DNA from: an uncultured Pseudomonadota bacterium
Lineage (GTDB): Bacteria; SAR324; NAC60-12
Length of the DNA stretch: 12,980 bases
Direction of reading: 5' to 3'
NCBI GenBank assembly: GCA_913020725.1
Contig: CAJWCD010000106.1
Span: forward strand, 1 to 12,980
The position numbers and the translations under genes are program-made. Each line of letters starts with the position of its first letter. Position 1 is the stretch's first letter. Shown here piece after piece: positions 7,629 through 12,980 of this stretch. Below the pieces are notes generated by a model that was not told the origin of the DNA, made no database searches, and was given only the letters and a program-made list of their open reading frames with translations.

Positions 7629-8840
7629 TTGCAAACACCACCCAATCCCCGCCCCCTTGCCCGAAAACCTCCGCTCTGGCTCCTTGTGCTCACAATGGGA
7701 TGTGGAACCGTGGGCATCACCATCATTTCCCCAACCCTGAAAGTCATCGCCGAGGATTTTCAGGTTAGCGACTCGCTGACCCAACTTTTGCTCTCCGGCT
7801 ACTTTGCCTCGGTCGCGCTCTCGCAACTGGTGTACGGCCCGCTCTCTGATCGTTATGGACGCAAGGTTCCCCTCATCCTCGGACTTGTGCTTTATGCCGT
7901 TGGAGGCGTGATGGGAGCCTTGGCCATGAGCATGGAGTGGCTGATTGCCGCACGAGTGTTTCAGGGACTTGGAGGAGCGGCGTCTCCGTCCATCGTGCGG
8001 GCCATCATCAACGATTCCTATGAACGCTCAGAAGCAGCAGCAGCGTTTGGAGCAATCACGGCGGTCATGGCGATTGTACCGATCCTCAGTTTCATTTCCG
8101 GGGGCTTGATCAGCGAAGTCCTCGGATGGCGCGGAGCAATGCTCATCATTGCCATCATTGGAGCCGTGACGCTCGTGATGGTGGAATGCTTCCTTCAGGA
8201 AACCAACCTCACTCCGTTGGGACAACTCAAAGCCACAAAACTGGCCCGTGAATACAGGTTGTTGATTATGAATCCAATCTTCCTCACGTTTGCACTCGCC
8301 TCATCGTGCAGCACGGGAATTTTCTTCAGCTTCATTGGCTTCCTTCCCTACGAATACGCACGGCTGGGGGTGGGAATGGGAGAAACGGGATTCTGGTTTG
8401 CAATGACCCCGGTGGGCTACATGTTTGGGAACCTCTGCACCAAAAAATTCACCCCAAAACTTGGGGTTGAGGTCATGATGCTGATCGGGAGTTTCATCTG
8501 CTTGCTGGCGTCCAGTTTGTTGCTTGGGGTTTCACAGTACCCGGAGCGCACCCCGATTATGCTGGCCCTCCCCTGCGTGGTCTTCGGCCTGTCCGCAGGA
8601 ATGGTGATTCCCAATGGCACAATGGGCGCGATTGCTGTTGCCGGTCGGCTAGGGGGCAGCGCATCCGGAATCACCGGGGCGCTGCAATTGGGGTTTGGAG
8701 TGCTGGGCGGGTCGCTCGTCGCTACGGTGGGCGGTTACGAGCAGGTGGCTCAGGGCTTTCTCGTGTTGCTCGGTTTTGCGGTCGTGGCTGTAGGATCTTC
8801 GCTGCTGGCACTGCGAGTCAAACTTGCTCAGGCACCTTGA
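7629..8840 (+). CDS. Multidrug efflux MFS transporter, Bcr/CflA (DHA1) family, 403 aa, TTG start uncertain
   Basis: 'SQLVYGPLSDRYGRKVPLILGL' (motif A), 'ARVFQGLGGAA' (motif B), 'RAIIND', 'GGLISEVLGWR' (motif C region), 'LQETN', 'GSASGITGALQ'. Confidence 0.92.
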   Translation: MQTPPNPRPLARKPPLWLLVLTMGCGTVGITIISPTLKVIAEDFQVSDSLTQLLLSGYFASVALSQLVYGPLSDRYGRKVPLILGLVLYAVGGVMGALAMSMEWLIAARVFQGLGGAASPSIVRAIINDSYERSEAAAAFGAITAVMAIVPILSFISGGLISEVLGWRGAMLIIAIIGAVTLVMVECFLQETNLTPLGQLKATKLAREYRLLIMNPIFLTFALASSCSTGIFFSFIGFLPYEYARLGVGMGETGFWFAMTPVGYMFGNLCTKKFTPKLGVEVMMLIGSFICLLASSLLLGVSQYPERTPIMLALPCVVFGLSAGMVIPNGTMGAIAVAGRLGGSASGITGALQLGFGVLGGSLVATVGGYEQVAQGFLVLLGFAVVAVGSSLLALRVKLAQAP

Positions 8841-8841
8841 T

Positions 8842-9258
8842 TCAACTACCGGGCTTCTTCACCTCAAACCAATACTCCAACCGCACCGGACCCTTTCCGG
8901 CGTTGCCCCACTGCAAGCAGTACACTTGTGCTTGTTCAGCAGTGAACTCCCCTTCGAACTGAGTAAGCTCCTGCTCTGGAATCGGGTGGTGATCGGAGCG
9001 GTCGTGGTAGTGCAGGTTGAAGCGCACGGGTGCCGGGGTGCTGAATCCGTAAACCAGTATCCAGTCCGTCCGCAGTTCCACACAACGTTCGTAGCGGTTT
9101 TTGGAGGGCAGGTTGACGGCAATTGATTCCGACTCCTGCTTCGCAAGATTGTGTGTGGGTTGGGTGGTGGGAAACTGCTCGACGGCCCAGAAAGAGAAGG
9201 CCAGTAAAACACTGCTGGTGATCAGGAAAATCCAGAAGTAACGAATGGCAATGTCCAT
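8842..9258 (-). CDS. Hypothetical exported or membrane-anchored beta-rich protein, possibly GOLD/p24-like (138 aa)
   Basis: N-terminal hydrophobic helix; beta-strand pattern with two Cys ('ERCVEL', 'FNLHYH', 'GEFTA....VYCLQWGN'); ATG 3 nt after the upstream stop. Confidence 0.72.
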   Translation of the reverse strand: MDIAIRYFWIFLITSSVLLAFSFWAVEQFPTTQPTHNLAKQESESIAVNLPSKNRYERCVELRTDWILVYGFSTPAPVRFNLHYHDRSDHHPIPEQELTQFEGEFTAEQAQVYCLQWGNAGKGPVRLEYWFEVKKPGS

Positions 9259-9261
9259 GGT

Positions 9262-9867
9262 TCAGAGTGGGTGCTGTTGAAGGAAACGGTCTGCGAAATA
9301 GTCGAGTCGGCTGTTGGGACCATTCTCGATCACCAAATTTGCAAATTGTTTGGTGGGCTGGACAAAGCCAAGATAGGCGGGCCGCACGAAAGTCAGGTAC
9401 TGATTAAGGCTGTATTCCGCAGTCACCCCCTGCTCTCGGACATCCCGCAGACAGCGCCGGACGACCGCCACATCCGGAGGGCTTTCCAGAAAGAACGAAT
9501 AGCTCAGCAGGCCCCGCAGGCTGGCGTGCATGAGAATATACAACCCTTCGAGGATCAGATAATTGCCCGGTGCAATCCGCACGGTCTCGCGCTTGCGCTT
9601 TCCGGACTCCCAATCGAACTGTGGCATCCGGATGGGTTTGCCTTGCCGCAGGTCATCGAAGTGCTGGCGGTACAGCCGAAAGTCGAACGCCGGAGGGATG
9701 TCGTAGTCGTGTTTTTCGTTAGGAACGCCATCAGGCCTGTTGAGGTAGTACTGATCCAACGACAGGATGGTTGCTTTGGGCAAACGTCGCGCCAGCAGAT
9801 TACTAAAGAGCGTTTTTCCGGAGCCAGAGCCACCGGCCACACCAATCAATTTCAGGTCGCCTGCCAC
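9262..9867 (-). CDS. udk: Uridine/cytidine kinase family protein (divergent), 201 aa
   Basis: Walker A 'GVAGGSGSGKT', 'LDQYY', 'DIPPAFDF', 'ILEGLYIL', 'RRCLRD', 'QY..FVRP.Y..FVQPTKQFANLVI'. Family is secure; substrate is not (see findings). Confidence 0.8.
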   Translation of the reverse strand: MAGDLKLIGVAGGSGSGKTLFSNLLARRLPKATILSLDQYYLNRPDGVPNEKHDYDIPPAFDFRLYRQHFDDLRQGKPIRMPQFDWESGKRKRETVRIAPGNYLILEGLYILMHASLRGLLSYSFFLESPPDVAVVRRCLRDVREQGVTAEYSLNQYLTFVRPAYLGFVQPTKQFANLVIENGPNSRLDYFADRFLQQHPL

Positions 9868-10574
9868 GCTTCGAACTCCTGCATTCGTTCCGGTTCAAGC
9901 TGGGATTCCAGCGCCTCGGCAATCACCTCCACGTCTTCAAGCCCGTTGCGAAAGTAGGGCATCATCCCCCACGCCCGCAGCCCCAAGGTTTCCTCCAGAC
10001 GCAACCACTGAAACTGAATCAAGTCGCCGTCCCGTTCGTCATCACGATTATTGAGCCAAAGACAGACTTCGCATCCGGAAGCTTGCAGTTGTGGAATCGC
10101 CAGCAGGGTTTGCTCTACCGCAGGTTCCGAGAAATCCGTGACCCAGCAGACGGTTGGGGTCCAGTGATTCAGCAGGGTTTGCACGGTCAGCCCTTCGGCA
10201 AGCGGTGTGTTCACTCCCGGAGGCAATTCGCTGAGCAACACCGCATAACGTTTGCTCAACAACAAGTGCCGCTCCGCCAGCGTTTTCTCCACAATCCGGA
10301 CACCATCGCGCTGGGCCGCAAGCTGGGGAGGAAGAGTGCTGTTGAAGAGGTAGGGATTGAGCAGGCTGATGTGTTCCGGAAGTTCAGCGCAAGCCTGAAA
10401 TCGTTCAGCATCGCTGGGCAAATCGTCAGCGTTGTACTGCAACCATCCCGTGTCCACCGGTTTCCACGCAGCAGCGTTTTTGCCACGTTTGCTCAGCAGC
10501 CGGAGCAGTCCCAAGGCCAGCAGCGTTTTGCCGCAGCCTCGCTGTGGTCCTCCGACGGCGACCTGCCGAGTCAC
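9852..10574 (-). CDS. bioD: Dethiobiotin synthase (BioD)-like P-loop protein (divergent), 240 aa
   Basis: 'GCGKT' P-loop, 'AAWKPVDTG', 'SDAERF', 'NPY.F...LPPQLAA', 'WLNN', 'GMMPY'. The canonical TGTDT and EGAGG motifs are replaced by GGPQR and ELPPG. Confidence 0.72.
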   Translation of the reverse strand: MTRQVAVGGPQRGCGKTLLALGLLRLLSKRGKNAAAWKPVDTGWLQYNADDLPSDAERFQACAELPEHISLLNPYLFNSTLPPQLAAQRDGVRIVEKTLAERHLLLSKRYAVLLSELPPGVNTPLAEGLTVQTLLNHWTPTVCWVTDFSEPAVEQTLLAIPQLQASGCEVCLWLNNRDDERDGDLIQFQWLRLEETLGLRAWGMMPYFRNGLEDVEVIAEALESQLEPERMQEFEAWQAT

Positions 10575-11023
10575 TTCTCCTCTGTTCCCGTGAAGATGGT
10601 GCGTTTCTGAAGGTCTTCCAGTTGCAGCCTTTCCCGCGATTGGAGTTCATTGGTGACATCCAGCACGGTGAGGTAGCGATCCCGGGGCTTGAACTTGCGT
10701 CCCGCCCGCAGCTTTTCCCGGATGCGCTCCTGCTCCAGAAACTCCCAGACCACGATGGTCTTGCCCTTGCGGTCAAGCGTGATCGCCTTCAACTCATCCT
10801 CGCCGAAGCCGGCACCCTTTGCAGCGGTCATCAGGGTTTCGAGTTCCTTGACGAACTGCTTGCGCTCGCGCTCAAGCCTCCGGGCTTTTTCGTCCAAGTC
10901 CGCAATCGACTGGGCGTGCAACGGCGGTGGCAGCAAGGCGGATTCCCCCAAGAACAAAAGGGTGAAGGCCAGCAGTAAGCCGACCGAGGCGTGAGAGATG
11001 AGACGTGAGTACGGAAAATGCAT
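10571..11023 (-). CDS. Hypothetical secreted helical/coiled-coil protein (about 150 aa from ATG 11023; ORF extends to GTG 11047)
   Basis: Signal-peptide-like N-terminus ending 'PLHA|QS', then charged heptad-like segments (IADLDEKARRLERERKQFVKELETL). GTGA overlap with the bioD-like start at 10571-10574. Confidence 0.75.
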   Translation of the reverse strand: MHFPYSRLISHASVGLLLAFTLLFLGESALLPPPLHAQSIADLDEKARRLERERKQFVKELETLMTAAKGAGFGEDELKAITLDRKGKTIVVWEFLEQERIREKLRAGRKFKPRDRYLTVLDVTNELQSRERLQLEDLQKRTIFTGTEEK

Positions 11024-11071
11024 AACTTGCACTGGTTTCAGAAGCACAAACCTTTTTCAGGCAGTTCTCGC

Positions 11072-11695
11072 ATGACTCCGCCATGCAAGCGGCAAGCAAA
11101 AGTGGCGAATCCACAAAAGAAGCGGTTGCGTCCGCTCATCCTCCTGCTCGTGGCCCTCGGGGTCTTGCTGAGTTTTGGATGCAGTGCCACACCAGAACCG
11201 GAGCCACGCTCAGCGCTCCAGTACTTTCAGGCGGGCAACCTCGCACTCAATCGTCGAGATTATTCCACCTCGGTCTGGAATTACCTGCGGGCGATCAGCC
11301 TCAACGACGAAACTCCGGAATTTCACTATAACCTTGGACTCGCCTACTACCACATCGGCAACTACCCGGAGGCCATTGACGCTTTCACAAGCGTGGAGCA
11401 ACTGCGTCCGGATCACGCCGACACTTACTATAACATGGCACTGGCATATCATAAACTCTCTCGCACGGACTTGGCAGACAAATACTACAACCGATACCAA
11501 GATCTGTTGAGCATCCGCAAGGCCCGCCAGCGTCTGGAACAATCCAAATCCGGTGCGCAAAAAGCGATGTCGGCCTCCAACACTCCGTCCCAGACCAAAC
11601 CCTTGGCCAAACCGACTAGACGTTCCACGAAAAAATCCGCCTCGCCCACTCAGCCCAAAGCCGCCTTTTCCAATCAAGTTCCCAAGTGGGACTGA
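11072..11695 (+). CDS. Tetratricopeptide-repeat lipoprotein (start 11072 or GTG 11102; the ORF-track start 11018 overlaps the divergent gene)
   Basis: KKRLR, hydrophobic core and lipobox 'SFGC'; three TPR units ('YFQAGNLAL..RDY..SV..Y.RAI', 'HYNLGLAYY..GNY.EAI.AF', 'YYNMALAY......DLA..YY'); low-complexity K/S/T/P tail. Confidence 0.88.
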   Translation: MTPPCKRQAKVANPQKKRLRPLILLLVALGVLLSFGCSATPEPEPRSALQYFQAGNLALNRRDYSTSVWNYLRAISLNDETPEFHYNLGLAYYHIGNYPEAIDAFTSVEQLRPDHADTYYNMALAYHKLSRTDLADKYYNRYQDLLSIRKARQRLEQSKSGAQKAMSASNTPSQTKPLAKPTRRSTKKSASPTQPKAAFSNQVPKWD

Positions 11696-11753
11696 AGCCT
11701 CAGATTTTCTCCTAGGGACAGACGGCAAAACTCTCCGGAAGCACGGAAGCGTC

Positions 11754-11781
11754 TTGGCTCTCCCATCTGCTTTGCTATGCT
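11754..11781 (+). promoter_or_regulatory. Putative sigma70 promoter with extended -10 immediately upstream of the purH-like start
   Basis: TG-C-TATGCT at 11773-11781 (TGnTAnnnT); TTGGCT at 11754-11759 (16-nt spacer); ATG begins 7 nt after the last base of the -10. Confidence 0.5.
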
Positions 11782-11787
11782 GGGAGC

Positions 11788-12980
11788 ATGAGTATCATCC
11801 GCACCTACCTCCCACAGTTCGATCTCAAGTACGGCTGCAATCCGGACCAGCAACCCGCTGCCATCCTCAGCATGGAGGGCCAGCCGCTGCCTTTCCGCAT
11901 TGTCAACGGGCAACCGGGCTACATCAACCTGCTGGACGCGCTCAACGCCTGGGCACTGGTCCGGGAACTTGATGCTGCGCTCGACCTCCCCGCCGCGACC
12001 TCCTTCAAGCATGTCAGCCCCGCCGGAGCCGCCCTCGGAGTTCCACTCGACGAATCGTTGCGGGCGACTTACGAAGTGGTCGAAACGGAACTCACGGACC
12101 TCGCTGTGGCCTGCGTTCGGGCGCGTGGGGCCGACCCACGTTCCTCCTTCGGAGATTTCATCGCGCTCAGCCGTCCAGTGGATTTGGCGACTGCAAAAAT
12201 CATCAAACCGCTGGTTTCGGATGGCCTGATTGCCCCCGGATTTGAGAAAGGCGCAGCAGAAATTTTAAGTACGAAGAAGCAGGGCCGCTACGTTTTGCTG
12301 GAAGCCGATCCGTTGCACACGCCACTTGCTGAGGAGTTCCGGGAGATGCAAGGCGTGGTCTTCCGGCAAAAACGTTCCGCCCAACCACTCAACGCAGCAA
12401 CCCTGTTGAGCCACCGAGTCACCGCAAAGACGGATCTGCCTCCGGACGTAGCGCGGGATTTAGTGTTGGCGGCAATTGCGCTCAAGTACACACAATCCAA
12501 TTCGGTGGGGTACGCGAAGGATGGCCAGATGCTCGGCATTGGCGCAGGACAACAGAGCCGCATTGATTGCACCAAACTCGCCGGATGCAAGGTGGACACC
12601 TGGTGGTTGCGGCAACATCCGCAGGTTCGGAAATTGCTGTTCCGTCCGGAGGTGAAAGCGGTGGATTGCACCAATGCCCGCATCGCCTACCTTGAAGGCG
12701 ACATGACCCCGTCAGAACACGAGGCGTGGCGGACGCTCTTCACAGAAACTCCGGAGCCGATTTCCACAGAATCCCGCCGCGAGTGGCTGGGGAAAATCCG
12801 GGGCGTGTCGCTTGCCTCCGATGCCTTTTTCCCCTTCCGGGACAACCTCGATCACGCCGCTCGACGTGGGGTGCAGTACGTCGTGCAGCCCGGAGGCAGT
12901 GCGCGGGACAAATCCGTGATTGCCGCCGCCAATGAACACGGCATGGTGATGACCTTTTCCGGCCTTCGCCTTTTTCATCA
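11788..12980 (+). CDS. purH: AICAR transformylase (phosphoribosylaminoimidazolecarboxamide formyltransferase), monofunctional PurH-like; 3' end just outside the window
   Basis: Uninterrupted frame from ATG 11788 to the edge (397 full codons): 'LKYGCNP', 'NGQPGYINLLDALNAW', 'SFKHVSPAGAA' (catalytic Lys-His at 12007-12012), 'RARGAD..SSFGDFIALS', 'LKYTQSNSV', 'GIGAGQQSRIDC', 'LASDAFFPFRDN', 'QPGGS.RD', ending 'GLRLFH'. Missing from the ORF track because the stop lies outside the window. Confidence 0.96.
   Translation, partial: MSIIRTYLPQFDLKYGCNPDQQPAAILSMEGQPLPFRIVNGQPGYINLLDALNAWALVRELDAALDLPAATSFKHVSPAGAALGVPLDESLRATYEVVETELTDLAVACVRARGADPRSSFGDFIALSRPVDLATAKIIKPLVSDGLIAPGFEKGAAEILSTKKQGRYVLLEADPLHTPLAEEFREMQGVVFRQKRSAQPLNAATLLSHRVTAKTDLPPDVARDLVLAAIALKYTQSNSVGYAKDGQMLGIGAGQQSRIDCTKLAGCKVDTWWLRQHPQVRKLLFRPEVKAVDCTNARIAYLEGDMTPSEHEAWRTLFTETPEPISTESRREWLGKIRGVSLASDAFFPFRDNLDHAARRGVQYVVQPGGSARDKSVIAAANEHGMVMTFSGLRLFH

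Noticed and set aside
9271..10978. Plus-strand ORFs 9271-9957, 10083-10610, 10544-10978
   Set aside because: Antisense to the coupled udk-like/bioD-like operon; no recognisable features.
11696..11787. ZMP/ZTP (pfl) or c-di-GMP riboswitch upstream of purH
   Set aside because: No GACTGGCG or GCCTGGGC pseudoknot elements in the intergenic region (the GCCTGGGC near 11947 is coding sequence); 'GGCAAAAC' lacks the rest of the GEMM structure.

Overview
Bacterial chromosomal window of moderately high GC (roughly 55-60% by eye) with mostly housekeeping and metabolic genes. Left to right: 3' part of a glutathione S-transferase; an MFS transporter (-); an MscS/YbdG-type mechanosensitive channel; an unannotated 51-aa small ORF behind a structured leader; a coupled minus-strand run of SCP2-type thiolase, acyl-CoA synthetase, lipoprotein and Zn-ribbon membrane protein; a frameshifted DUF1640/CCDC90-like coiled-coil membrane gene just 3' of tRNA-Leu(TAG); a Bcr/CflA-type efflux pump; a minus-strand operon (secreted coiled-coil protein, divergent BioD-like ATPase, divergent uridine-kinase-like protein, GOLD-like exported protein); a TPR lipoprotein; and a stand-alone AICAR transformylase (PurH C-terminal domain only) that runs off the right edge and is missing from the ORF track. 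I saw no integrase, transposase, CRISPR array or recognisable defence system. The best leads are the degenerate BioD/Udk pair, the broken DUF1640-like gene beside the tRNA, the hidden small ORF, the strong excess of the palindrome TCCGGA, and the probably leaderless monofunctional purH. All family calls come from motifs recognised by eye; no database searches were run.
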